NCBI RefSeq assembly: GCF_000981445.1
Contig: NC_027216.1
Location: forward strand, 1,736,001 to 1,800,000
Reading direction: 5' to 3'
DNA: 64,000 nt
Origin: Babesia bigemina
Taxonomy: Eukaryota
Of the stretch, positions 9,903 through 22,457 are shown piece after piece; the first letter of the stretch is position 1, and each line of letters begins with the position of its first letter. The position numbers were made by a program, and so were the translations under genes. Below the pieces are notes generated by a model that saw only the letters and a list, made by a program, of their open reading frames with translations, had not been told where the DNA came from and did no database searches.

Positions 9903-12262
9903 TTTACTGATCACTTGTTTACAACACTTCTGCACAATGATGAAAAATGTACCTGGATGATACGTTCGATGTAGACAATGCAGCTTCAAATAATATTAGC
10001 AACTATACACACACTTCTATATACGTTAAAACTATAACATGGTGTAAATGATACATGGTGTAGTTAATCTATATGGATCCTCTCCTCAATCCTGCATCGC
10101 ATGAGACTACGTCTATGCATGCGACGGACTTCATTTGCACTCAAGCCAGGCTCCCACAAAACGGCCTCAAAATCCACCTCGAAGACTCTTGAGCGCAAGT
10201 TACTCCAATGCCGTTGCGTTTGTCAATGTTTTAGATTTAATCAACTCTGACATTGATAACCTGTTCTTCAACAAAGTAATCCACCATATTATATCGTACC
10301 ACTCAAAGATTCGTCTTTAATTTCTCTGCTATATGCGAATACAAATCATTTACATCACGTAATAAAATTACTTTTTGATATAACGCACCATAACCCTTTG
10401 CAAATCCGTCCAGCTCTATCCATCGAAATATCACCCTCACCCGTGGCTTCTCACTTGTGAAATCGCGCACAGAAGCCCTCATATATACACGTTACGTACG
10501 TAAAAGTAATATTTCAATGAATAGACAAGTTGCACTATTACGATGAATATGTGAAAAAATAATTCTTACCTTTACCTACCCTCATACGCATCAACTGTGA
10601 AGCCGTCTCGAACAGCAATTTGTAGCAATATTTGCGTCGCAAACTGGGACACCACGATGACTATGACTAACATACCGCTTCATAGAGCGAAATTGTGAGC
10701 CTCACCGAATGCTAAGTTAGGCAAATGAAATAATATCCATGTACACGCTGCATTACGCTTTCAAAAATCAGTATTCTCCAAAATACCATCTATATTACTT
10801 ATAACCGACCGTTAATCACTATTCCACAAACATTAGAAACCCGTAATCTATTGCCCGATAAGGCTGTTTTCGATATTGCTAGGTGCGTAGAGGGGATTTT
10901 AGTAAGTTGCAGCAGTCTATCTCAGCCTTTCGTAGGGAGATTAATTGCACAAGTAGCGTCCGATTTATTGTCATCATTGACAAATATATAAGAGAATACA
11001 GCTAATTCCAACAATCGCGCTATTAGCACAGTGAGCCGTACAAACAACGTAAGGGGGCAAGCCTAGACAGTGGCGCATAATTAGACGATAGGCAATAGGA
11101 ATGCATTTCATATTTGTTAGCTGCTACACACACGCGCGCAACAACAATCACGTCGCAACCGCGATATGTAATCGTCGATACGATATGCATTAGAGAGCAG
11201 CAATTCAAGCGTTGTCGCACCTACCGCGTGCTGAAAAGCTATTTCGGATATGGTAGGGACAAATTGGGCGGTTGAAAACAACAAAACATATAGGAGTCGA
11301 GAGGTTATAAAATAGGAAATGGCAATAAATCGGCAAAGGCATGTAAATAAGGTACCCATGGAAAATGTTACTTCTAAGAAGAAATTTATTACACCGCTTG
11401 GATTTCCAACGATTAAAAACGTCTAATCTTGCGAAATGTTTGTTTTCTCAATGTTCTCTAGGTGATATGGTCCTTATAGGTTATATGGCCCATTATGACT
11501 GCAACAAAAGGATGCAATTGGTTAGGTGTGAAATGACGGACAAATGAAAACATGAAAACTACTTGTTTGGAAGCAACACTGCAGAATCATAGTTGACTAC
11601 TCTGCATATTATGATGGGGATGTCGTTATGTTAACATAACACTTCGCCGCTGCTGGTGTACGTAGAGTGATGCCGGTAGAATTTTATAGTTTCCTTAGAA
11701 ATCGGTCGCACAATGCCCAAAGCATCAATATTATATGACTATATCTAGTTGCTAATCTCATGGCGCTATCACTGCCAAATTGTATGAAGTTAATTCGTCA
11801 TTATTTAAGTCATGCAATTGGTACCATCTACACCCCGCGTCCAACATGGAATATTGCGCAACGGAAGCTACAATTTTGGATTATCATTAAATCATAACAT
11901 GCCATCACTTATTGTGTGATGTCAATAATTCGTGTGCATTGGATTCGTAGCAGTGTGTTGCGATTCCATGTTCACCAGGTGTGCCATGCATCTACAACAT
12001 CGGATTCCTTAAACAACTCTATTTGCTCTGCAGTGTGTGGTAGCGAACAGTGGGATATAGCGTCTTAGTTCCGGTATATGCTCTGGTGAAAAAGATATGG
12101 GATCACGTAATTTTTAAAACTGTTTGGGTTGTTCATGGTTGAAAAGTGTTCGTTGTTTTTGTGACGTATAGTTATGTAACAAGGAGTGTTTGAAGTAGTG
12201 GACTTGTTAGATTACTTCGTTCATACCTGTGCAGGGATGTGAGAATAGAGTCATCGAAAACA

Positions 12263-13123
12263 ATGACGATGGTGCAGGCCGGAGGGACGAATCCTTGTGC
12301 ATGTGATAAAAACAGCGGACCGGACCACGATAAAGGGCCTTGCGAGAAAGCAGAATGTCCGCAGTGCTATTCTTGTTGTCTTCCCAGATGTGGCGACTGT
12401 AAGAAGCAGTGCCAGGAAAATGGGAAGTGTAAATGTTCTAATGCTTGCTGTGGTTGTCCGACTAATTGTTTGGACAAGTCGGCATCTGAAAGTTGCGAAG
12501 GAATAGGAACTGGTTGCCAGCGTTGTGTTAAACGATGTAACAAAGAAAAACCATGTATATGTTATCAATGCAGCTGTGGACCGCGATGCAACGGCGTGAT
12601 TTGTAGCTGCTGTAGCTGGTGTGATCCTACCAACTGTTCTGGAGGTACTTGTGACGGGTATGTACTTGGCAGGTGCGATGGACCGTGCAAAGGCCATGTC
12701 AGATACGACCAAAACGGTGCTGTACGGGACCGCAACGAGGAACCCATAATCCAGTGCGATGAATCTCACCATGGTAAATGTACCGCAAAATGCATTAAGT
12801 GGGCTTGTGTAGAGAAAGACAAAAATGGTAATTGCATCATCAAATGCACCTACTGCGGTAAACTATGCGGCCAAGATAAATTTAGACGATGCTGCTACAT
12901 AGCTATCCCCGTAGTTATCATTGTGTTAGCATTCCTTATTTTCCGGTTTATGCTCCCCGAGAAGTTCCACGCGATTACGACTAAAATACGCGCCGCATTT
13001 CCCAGTTCTCCTAGGCATCCCGGAAGATCCCTGAGTAATCTCGTCGGTGACAGAATTCCCGAGGAGATGAGCGTCGACCGCTACCCCGCCTTCCGACCAA
13101 AGGCATTTTCTGGCTTGGCGTAG
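12263..13123 (+). CDS. Cys/Lys-rich single-pass membrane protein (~286 aa), no signal peptide
   Basis: First in-frame ATG is at 12263. About 43 Cys in ~200 aa, then KFRRCC, TM segment YIAIPVVIIVLAFLIFRFML and a ~55-aa tail. Confidence 0.8.
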   Translation: MTMVQAGGTNPCACDKNSGPDHDKGPCEKAECPQCYSCCLPRCGDCKKQCQENGKCKCSNACCGCPTNCLDKSASESCEGIGTGCQRCVKRCNKEKPCICYQCSCGPRCNGVICSCCSWCDPTNCSGGTCDGYVLGRCDGPCKGHVRYDQNGAVRDRNEEPIIQCDESHHGKCTAKCIKWACVEKDKNGNCIIKCTYCGKLCGQDKFRRCCYIAIPVVIIVLAFLIFRFMLPEKFHAITTKIRAAFPSSPRHPGRSLSNLVGDRIPEEMSVDRYPAFRPKAFSGLA

Positions 13124-14019
13124 AACATGTGTTGTTTTAATATCTCACGGACAAATTCGCTAAACAATGTGGTGGTTTACATCGCCAATTTCAGCGTCTA
13201 CGTTGGGAATCTCTAGTGGCATAGAAAATGAGTCCCAAGAAACAACTGCCATATCCAATCATCTTTGTGCTTCTACCATTCATAAGTGTTTATTACATCG
13301 ATGGTATATGAGTGCGGTGCTGGACTTAACCTTCTTGCCTACAAGCAATGGATGCCATCAGCTTACAACCGCATCGCTGATGTGAGCATTATGTTATATA
13401 TCATAATAACAAATAAAAATCAAGATTGCAGAATAGCAGATCACATAAAGAATATGTACATTTAACTATTATAAATTCAAATTGGAAAAGTCAGAATGAA
13501 TCGCAACCTGACCAAACAATGCGGTTTATTACAGTGAAATAGTCATTTCTAAAGCGTAAAACCGTCGCTGTCAAATTTCATTGCATCATTGTGTTTCAAA
13601 ATAGACGTGACCTAAAATCTGTACTACTATGTTCTTAGTAAACTCTCCAAGTCAGGTCTTGGTTGTCCATCCATATGGCGATGAGATGCTGCGATATAGA
13701 CGACTCTTCGTAAACGTGATGAATATGACGGATGCGGAATTGATGGATGGCGTGATCAGCAAATGCTGTCAAGTCCTTATACTGAGCTTGATTCCATAAT
13801 TACCTATGACCTCGTTTGCAAAGACATTTACTATTCGCAACGTGGAAAAACATATGCGCATGTAATAATAAATATATTTGTTACTAACTACCTCATCATC
13901 AATAATCAGCGATACTGTGTGAAAGGTGCGCATGGTCGGAACAAAAGTATACTTGGACAACTCTCCGTCTACTTTCTATTTCATGCACAAATCATCTCAT
14001 CCAATGTCACTATCATTTT

Positions 14020-15508
14020 TTATATTTTATTCGGCGTCTGTTTACTTTTTCTGTCATCTTTATACGTAAAACACATTGCAATATAACAAACAACGTTGAG
14101 CACTGTGCCTGCCAAAATAATGTACATCATCGATTTCCTCAAGGCCTCGGCATTTCTCTCTTTAATATCCGTGGCCATTGTTTCAAACGACTCTCTAGAG
14201 GGTACGTAGCCAAACAAACTCTCAGTCAAATATGCGGAAACCTGGTAGAGAATTACACTACTTGAAATGCCTGATATTGTTCGAATGATGGCAGCTGCTG
14301 TGCCCTGATTCTTGTTATCAATGACGTCCTTCATAATAGCCCTATCGACGCCACCAACGGTTACTAATGTCCCACCCAGCGTCGCCAATTCCACGTAGTG
14401 ATACCAAAGTAGCTTACCACATGGTGCTTTCCCCAAAAAGAATAAGAGACAGACAACCAGTCGAACGACCATCACTGCGATTCCAGAACCCAGTTCAACA
14501 TAATTGCCCGCTTCATCCGCTATTTTCTTTATGATTTCTCCACCTGCACCACTTCCCGCTGCGCCACCAATTAATGTAACTGCGATCGCAACGCCCGCCA
14601 TTGTGTCAGAAACTCCCAAATATTGCAAATATATGGTCATATAATTAAATGCGCACATAGGTGCTTCAGCTATGAATAATGTAAATATACATATCCCTGC
14701 TGTCTTACACTTAAATACATCTGAAAAAGCACCAGATACTTTATTGGTAAAACTTGTACCTGATGTTTCAGAGTATGAACTGCTTGGAGTCACTGTAGAA
14801 CTAGCACCTGTGGAATTCTCTTTGAGTACCATGCCAAACACAATCCCAATAGCAAATAATATCCAAATGTAGCCCAACACAACGTAAGAAGTGCGCCACC
14901 CATAATACCCCAATAATACTTTGCGTGCAATAATCGTAGTTATGACGGCACATAATAGACGTCCAATGCAATTTAGTGCCTGAAAGATGGTGAATTTACT
15001 ACTACTCTTCGGTTTCTTGTTTGTTTGATTCCCTCGATTCTCTACTGCATTTGAATCCTTTGGATCATCTGACTCTGCAACAATCTTTTGCTGCACGGGG
15101 TAAACGCAGGCAAATCCCAACCCGTGCAAGAAACGCAAGAAGACAATCTGCAGGTACATGTACTCCGCAACATGTGAAACTTACCACTTTGTAGTGAGAC
15201 GCAGAACTTAGACAAATTGACGCCATGCCCATCAATAATAAACCTGCTCCAAGTATATACCTCGATTCATTTGTGTCTGCCAATAATCCCCAAATTAAGC
15301 AACAGCCCATACGTGACATGGTAGAAACGGTTGCCAACGTCGACAACTGAGACTGAGAAAAACCTAATGTTAATTCAAAAGCCCTCATACACATAGACAA
15401 TATCTGCTGGTCGTAGCCTTCAAAGAAAGACACAACGTTGTACAGTGCTTTTCCCAACGCATTGTAATCACCTTTTTTCTTTGGAGTCTCTGCCGTCGAT
15501 GTTGCCAT
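14020..15508 (-). CDS. Major facilitator superfamily transporter, 2 exons (15508-15185, 15147-14020)
   Basis: MFS motif A-like WGLLADTNESRYIL, FLRFLHGLG and about 12 hydrophobic segments. A 37-bp phase-0 GTAAGT...CAG intron joins the two ORFs. Confidence 0.9.
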
Positions 15509-16451
15509 TTTGTCTGCATTACTATAGTTGTATCGTTCACCAAATAGCTTTTAATAGGCTGTTATAGGTATCTCATAACATATGCATCAGGAGAGAAACA
15601 TCAAGATGAGGTATCACGTATATTACCGTGTCGTGACATTTGTTGCGATCAAATCAAATCGGAATAAGCGGTATATTAGGTGTGCATGACGATAGAATCG
15701 TTATCGGCGACAGGTCCGTCATCCATATTTAGTTTCACCCCAGAATGATATATTTGTTCATTTTCCAAAATTGAATACAACGTCGTTAAGGATGTTTTTC
15801 ACCATGAAAATGAAAAATGTGACCACCTAGAATTATGATAAATGTGCGCATATCTCGTGTATATAGTCCCATCGTTTCAACGCTACCTAATTGCCTTCCC
15901 AATGTGTTTGAAGTTTTATAGGGTGCTAAATCGCTAGGTTAAGATGACATACTTCTCAAACCTCTTGATGGCTCTTTACCTACACGCTCAATATGTTCGC
16001 AGCGTGTTCTATGTGATATTGTTGCCGAACGTCGATGTCCTACATGTCTGGGGATACGGTCCATTTGTAGTCATAATCTTCTCCAGTCGTCATACCCCTC
16101 ATCATATATGGGATTTCCTTGCTTTTAGCCTGTTGGTTGAATGGCTATTATTTAAGACGTTATATTTCAATTGATGCTTTCGCTTCTTGCATATTTCCGT
16201 CTACTTGGTTATCTTGGTTAGTCATCCCAACCTCCACAATTGTGATGAAACATTTTCACATGTAAAGTAACGTCTGTTATAGTCGGTTTGGTTGTGCAAA
16301 CATAGATCTCATTACATGAATATGCTGTTCACGAATATACACTTAAGGATCTCTGGGGACGTATAAAGACTACAATATTATTTCATGTACCGCGGCGTGA
16401 CACGCCATCTCGCGTACAATCATCATATGAGAGTTCGGTTGTACTTACCTT

Positions 16452-17597
16452 TTAGAAAAGAAAGTTGCGATCCACGTCAATCGAACCTCGAGGAATCGAT
16501 AATTCAGCCAGCCAATCAACGCAGAATGACACCCCCTTCTGACGCAACAACGAAATGGTATACCACCCAGTTACGATAAATCCCAACGAAATAAACAGCA
16601 CAGGGAACATTCCGCAATCCCAGAAAGCACATTGACGAAGTGCAAGCAGTGTAGCTGACAATATACAAAACATCAGCGATACTATCACGTTCTCGTTCAC
16701 GTAGTGCCACTTGCTCAACTCGACGTAAAACCTCTGCAGTAAACCTGACGTATACAACCAAAATCCTTCAGACGGAATGATGGTGAGTGGCGTATAGTTT
16801 GCGATGGCTGATATTAGGCAAGTAACGTTCAAGGCGTAAAGTGACACGGCGCCCAATCTTAACAACCAGCAGTGTCGATACAACATGGTGTAAATAAACA
16901 CTGGTATAACAACTAAGATGATGGGTATGAGCCATAATCTAGATTTTATTAATGAAATCAGATCACGCACCAGATGTCGCCTGTTGCTGGTTTCAACGTG
17001 GATATGGCAGGGTGATTTGGCATTCACCTCACAGAAACTATACAGTAGTTTGAAGAACTCCGTTTCGGTAAACTTCCATTGTGTAACTGCGTTTTTAGAT
17101 ATCCACTCATTGAAACTGGTCACTCCATGCATGCCATTTGTCTGGCCGATTTCCCCAGCTCGAAAGAATAACAGTTCTGGGATATGTTTCAGCTGGTGGA
17201 GTGATACAATCCAATCACATCCCGGTGTACTGACATCTGCGTAGAAGAAATAAGTTGGTGTATCGCTATTCGCTTCACCCTCGAATCCCTTATCCGTTGA
17301 GGCGTTGTCAAAGCGGTGGGCCACCAACCTAACGACATCTAGAATCTCTCTTTGAACAGCCTTCGACGAATCAATAAGTAACACAACCGAATCGAAGTGA
17401 GGGTTCCTGGGTAAAATCCAATGCCTGTAAGACCATTCATCAACCTGGATGACCCTATGCCACGGGTGAGCATCAGTGAAACGGTCGTTCACTTCACGAT
17501 ATACCTCCTCAGCGAGCTTTTTAGAGTACCATTTCACATCCTGTGCTGCAGCAATCAGTGACCATGTACACGTTAGCGACAGTAATTTCCCTAACAT
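16452..17597 (-). CDS. OST3/OST6 (MAGT1/TUSC3)-family oligosaccharyltransferase subunit-like protein
   Basis: Signal peptide; lumenal thioredoxin-like region with VIQVDEWSYRHWILPRNPHFDSVVLL and YFFYADV...LKHIPELLFF resembling OST3/6 blocks; about four C-terminal TM segments; no CxxC. Confidence 0.6.
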   Translation of the reverse strand: MLGKLLSLTCTWSLIAAAQDVKWYSKKLAEEVYREVNDRFTDAHPWHRVIQVDEWSYRHWILPRNPHFDSVVLLIDSSKAVQREILDVVRLVAHRFDNASTDKGFEGEANSDTPTYFFYADVSTPGCDWIVSLHQLKHIPELLFFRAGEIGQTNGMHGVTSFNEWISKNAVTQWKFTETEFFKLLYSFCEVNAKSPCHIHVETSNRRHLVRDLISLIKSRLWLIPIILVVIPVFIYTMLYRHCWLLRLGAVSLYALNVTCLISAIANYTPLTIIPSEGFWLYTSGLLQRFYVELSKWHYVNENVIVSLMFCILSATLLALRQCAFWDCGMFPVLFISLGFIVTGWYTISLLRQKGVSFCVDWLAELSIPRGSIDVDRNFLF

Positions 17598-18744
17598 AGC
17601 TCTCTGTGATCATAACTCACGAGACACACATCATCAAACGGCTTCCACTTACACCATTGGGCGCCTAAACCTAGTTATACGAGGCAGATATTAGCATTAT
17701 ATGTGCAAATATTATTGGAATCCTGCACATTCGTTGAGATATTACCGTATTTGCGGCAGCATGTTCAACGTGAATCGACGGAAAATGTCAAATGTTGACA
17801 AAATCTGTCTGAATTTCTCACATTCATGCGTATACTATGGTTATAAGTAAAAAAACATTATAAGCCTGGTGAATGAATGCACCACTATCGTGGATTGGAG
17901 GTTTCATCAATGGTCGGTAAATAACATCCTCGGAGACATCGGTTGGAAATTTGATTTTTCTACGCCGACCATTGCATTGCATTTAATTCGCCGTAATATT
18001 ACGGTTGTATGGAGTGCGGTTTTGCATTCCGCTGCCAGCGACCACGGTTCAAGTGCCTCTTCGGCCTACACACTACCTGGTGATTCGAGCAATGTGAACA
18101 CATCCAGCCTTCCGAGAGCGCTCTAAATGGTGTGTAACTCCATAGGAAATTTACATGTGACATTTCTTCGGTTTGTGGAATAGAAATATGAAGAAACAGG
18201 TCAACGCGTTTGTAATACGCGACTCTTTCAGCCGGCACAAGTCTGTTGTCTAGAAGTGGATTAAGCGTCAAACATGTTGGTGCGCTTATTGTGTGCAATC
18301 CCTGATAAGTATCCATTGGAATCCTATATATCATAGGCGTTATGATCCGGATCTTTCAACATATTCCCCACTCCGCGTCGTTTCGGCCCGGTGGAAGGCC
18401 GCCCACCTGCACAGATTGGGTTATTTTAAGGCTATGAAGACATTACAATTTTGTAGGACATGTAGTAGAACCTTTTTGTCGTGTTTATGTGAGCGATACA
18501 GGCCTTGATTACAAGCTCCATATTTTTCCACAAATAAATTCGCCGCACGTTGCTTGATGAGTCAAAAGCGTCGATATTGTGAATCATGACTCGTTGTCAT
18601 TCGTTGCCAACACAAATTAAATATACCAAGCACCATGGTAGATACATGTTTCGCCGGCAGTATTTTATTGATGGGCGGGCATCGCAATCAACTCTCCATG
18701 CAGCGTTTATATTCAAATAGTCTGTCGTGTACGAATAGGTAAAG

Positions 18745-20727
18745 ATGGATGTCGACGGCGCCGAAAATGTTGGCGTCATCGGTCTCGAAGGCTTCATCAT
18801 CAACAATGTCCAAGAGGAGGAAGCAAATGGACGCAGCCCTATCAGCGATTGTTTGCCAGTTGTCAGACCAAAGATCAATTGGAGACGGAGACCGATGCGC
18901 CACGCACGGTTACGGGCACAAATCTACAATTTTGGCACAAATGGCATGACACAGTACCGCGACGGGGAGGTAAAAAAGCGCTTCGATTCGATATGCGAGA
19001 ACTTGGGCATTGTCGACAAAGAGGACTTATACACGTTGTTTCTGAAGCGGTTGGATACTAGAAAAAAGCTCGAAAGCAGCCACAAGAACCTGGAAATCCT
19101 CGTGGAGGCGCTGCACTACATCCAGAGCATGTCCTGTAAAAAGACTGTTAGCGCAAGAGATGCCATAAACAAACTGCGGAAGCGCTCCGGAACGTTGAAT
19201 TTGAGGCGGTTTGTAAAATATGTTTCTAAATTATGTGCTGAAGCGAAGATAGAATGGTTGCCCGTGGTGCCTAATGCCAACATCGTCCGCCAGATGTTGG
19301 ATGACCTAATACTAGCGCTGAGACAATCGGACAAAAGCGAGGATATTTTGTCAAATGTGAAGGAAATAAATATATCACCAGAGGTGGCACGATTGTTTCA
19401 GGACCCTTGTTTGAGCGGTCTGGATGAATGTCTCGATATTCCATGTAACAAGGGCGAGGAGGATGCGATGTCACACGGCTCCGATTCGCCCCACCAACGT
19501 CCTACACACGACGAAGATGTTGTGAAATTTCCCAAAGCACGCCGGAGTCGCATGGCTGCTCTGATTGAAGAAAAGTATGACCTTGTAAGCGATACCACCC
19601 TACGGTTGGTGGAGTGGACCGAAAAATGCGGTCTGAAACCGAATTTTAATGTACTCAATGCGCGATCCCGAACGAAGCTTCATTGCAGGAAAACATTCTT
19701 GGCGTCAGCGCTACACGTGGCATTGCTGATGGAGAGGATTCAAGTGCACCAGAAATTTTTGCTGAATACCTGGAATGTGGTACGCACATCCTTCTACAAA
19801 AACTGCAGCAGCATTTTTATGCTCGTTGTGCAACGGATACGAAACAAATACGGAGTCTTGGTAAATTCGAAGTTTTTAACGCTCACGTTTCTAAAACACA
19901 TGCTGCGAAACATGGACTCTCCTGATACCAAAACTCGAGTTGAACCAATGCAGTACGACTTTCGCGAAAACTACGCCACTACAGAGAAGGTTTCCCATGA
20001 TGATTTACCAACTGTATTCGGTGATGATGGCAAGAACGACAAGATGTCTTCGAATTGCTCGCCCGAAATACGGTTCCTCAACAACGTAATGGGAGCCGCA
20101 AATCCCGTGGACGACACCCTGTGGAAGTTTGACCCTTTGTCAGACCAGCGTGGTAAGACCACTTCGACGCCTAAAAACGGTGCGATGCACAATACGTACG
20201 AGGACGCTGCGTGCTACCTCACCAACATGTTGGGTGAAAGCGATGCTGGCAACGGATTCCCTGCGAAAGTACCATCCGAAATAGGCGAGGTATTTGATGA
20301 AAAACCGTGGATTGAGGTACCCACGTACGACGACAAGCGTGGCGATGCGCAACGTCTCAGTTGCGGGCAAATACGCTCGCTGACCCTCAAACTCGGATAT
20401 GCCCTGGGCTTCGTGAACAAGGACGAACATCGCCAGCCCTCTATGGACCCGGGTTTGGACGCGAAGCTGTTCGAAATACTGACGTACTACTTGGATGCAT
20501 TTAGCATGGATCGCATCGGACCCTTACGCAAACAGCCGGTGAACTCATACACGTCAAAGCAGCGATCCGTTGTCACATGGAAGCAAGGCAAACGCAAGAA
20601 GTACAAGTCTTTCGCCCACGTCTGCTACGGGCCCGATCTTGCACACACAATGGCAACCACCTTCAAGCGGGGCATGGCCGTGGCGCTGATTGTGGAGGAG
20701 GAACGGAAATCAGGCAAATGTAGCTAA
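18745..20727 (+). CDS. Hypothetical 660-aa protein, possibly a divergent TFIIB/BRF-like cyclin-fold factor
   Basis: Long single ORF. Two helical blocks (FDSICENLGI...VEALHYIQSMSCKKTVSARDAI and KTFLASALHVALLMERIQVHQKFLLNTWNVVRTSFYK) loosely resemble TFIIB cyclin repeats. Confidence 0.6.
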   Translation: MDVDGAENVGVIGLEGFIINNVQEEEANGRSPISDCLPVVRPKINWRRRPMRHARLRAQIYNFGTNGMTQYRDGEVKKRFDSICENLGIVDKEDLYTLFLKRLDTRKKLESSHKNLEILVEALHYIQSMSCKKTVSARDAINKLRKRSGTLNLRRFVKYVSKLCAEAKIEWLPVVPNANIVRQMLDDLILALRQSDKSEDILSNVKEINISPEVARLFQDPCLSGLDECLDIPCNKGEEDAMSHGSDSPHQRPTHDEDVVKFPKARRSRMAALIEEKYDLVSDTTLRLVEWTEKCGLKPNFNVLNARSRTKLHCRKTFLASALHVALLMERIQVHQKFLLNTWNVVRTSFYKNCSSIFMLVVQRIRNKYGVLVNSKFLTLTFLKHMLRNMDSPDTKTRVEPMQYDFRENYATTEKVSHDDLPTVFGDDGKNDKMSSNCSPEIRFLNNVMGAANPVDDTLWKFDPLSDQRGKTTSTPKNGAMHNTYEDAACYLTNMLGESDAGNGFPAKVPSEIGEVFDEKPWIEVPTYDDKRGDAQRLSCGQIRSLTLKLGYALGFVNKDEHRQPSMDPGLDAKLFEILTYYLDAFSMDRIGPLRKQPVNSYTSKQRSVVTWKQGKRKKYKSFAHVCYGPDLAHTMATTFKRGMAVALIVEEERKSGKCS

Positions 20728-20847
20728 AGTCAGGAGCGCTTGTGTGATGACACTACACAATAACATCACAATGTAATGGCACACTGGTGTCAACTATTGT
20801 AAATGTACGCTACCCTATGTTTCACGTATACACATTGGCTGCAAGGT

Positions 20848-22301
20848 CTACTCAGTCTTGACCTCTGGTTCCACCTTTACGTTCTGAAGCGGTTTCTTCC
20901 TACAAAACATCAACTTCACAAGCTTATACGTACCCCGCAACGAAGTCGAAAGGTAGCTGATCGGGCTTACACATCAGCGGCGGAGTAGTGAAGTACTCGT
21001 GTGCCAATGCCTGCACATGCTTAGAAACCAGCCACGCGACGTACCTCCTTGGCAGTTATGCGTTCGTTCGGGTCGAGTTTCAGCAAGCGTTGCAGGAGGT
21101 CAAGAGCTTCAGGAGTGTGCCCCTTTATAACCGTATCGAGCTGCTTAGGCTGCTCCACGGAGAAAGGCGTATACAGCTTGAGTTTCATGGCATTGGGCCA
21201 GTTCGTTTCCGACGGCGTGCCAAGCAGCTTGTATATGCGCCCGATCTGGTCGATCTCATTGGTTCCCGGAAACAAGGGCTTATGATCCAACACCTCGGCG
21301 AAGATGCAGCCCACAGACCACAGGTCGCAGGCGAAGTGGTACGCTTCGGCGCCAAGCAGGAGTTCCGGACTGCGATACCAAAGCGTAACCACACGGTACG
21401 TCATCTTCTCTCTGACGCAGTACTTGTCCAGCTCTGCCGGGTTAATGCGCTTGGTGGTGGGAGGGACCATCGGGCTGTACACGCACCTCCGGGCAAGGCC
21501 AAAATCTGCGATTTTCAAAACCCCTCCGTCAGTGATGAATACGTTTGCCGGAGACAGGTCGCGGTGCGCGAAGCAGTTGGCGTGCAACTCCTCCAGGCCT
21601 TTCAGCAATTGCCACATGATGCACTTCTGCTGCGGCACGGTCAACCGCACCCTGGAATCAATGACCTTCTTCAGGTCCCCTGCCATCAGGTTCATCACGA
21701 TGTTGATGAACCCCTGCGATACGAAGACGGCTACCACGTCCATCAGGTTCGGGTGATGGAGCTCCCGCATCACCTTCAGCTCACGGAGCGTGGTGAAGTG
21801 GATTCCCACCATACCCACCACCTGCCGCTCTCCCTTCCATTCGATGTTCTTGACCTTCTTTATGGCAACATTCCTAATAGAGGGATGAAACTGGCGAAAC
21901 GTACAAAACCGTCAACACGAGAAGGTAGTTCGATTACAAAGCGGAGCTACGCATGCGCTAATTTGGATAATCAATTATATAGAAAGTAGAAACAGCTACG
22001 AAGCAGTTCTACAGATAGAATCCGATGTAGCATAACCTCCAAATCAAATGTGAAATAACAACGGTTCTTATAAGCGCAGGTTGATGCGCGTTGTCGTAAT
22101 AGTATTGCGCATTATACCACATTCCATCGTACACCGACGTACACATCGACTTCAAATGGCTCTATAATCAACTTACTTCCCAGTAAGGGTGTCCAGAAAC
22201 ATTGATACGGTACCATAGGTACCCTCACCAAGGTGCTTCCCGAGCGGTTTGAACCGCTTCTCCAGGTCACCTGGACCATCGTCGGAGCCTTTAGACTCCA
22301 T
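20848..22301 (-). CDS. CDK7: CDK7-like / MO15-related kinase (MRK), 4 exons
   Basis: Exon 1 (22301-22177) has LGEGTYGTV; intron 22176-21874; then [16 protein letters not shown] (PSTAIRE-equivalent), [29 protein letters not shown]. Two short 3' introns give [21 protein letters not shown] and a TAG at 20850-20848. Confidence 0.85.
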
Positions 22302-22457
22302 TACGACGTTATACGGTGCGACATCCCAGTAAAGACATCTTTTTTACACATGGTCAACGCGAGTGACGGGCCTCTGATGTACGCTTACTTGCCTAAAGCG
22401 ACCACACACGAAGGCTGCAGTCGTACGAATATACAGCGATCTTCGTGACAGTTCTCG

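Noticed and set aside
17869..18508. Short ORFs between the OST3/6-like gene and the 660-aa gene
   Set aside because: No consistent splice model or motif could be built.
20988..21989. 333-aa + ORF
   Set aside because: Antisense to the CDK7-like kinase.
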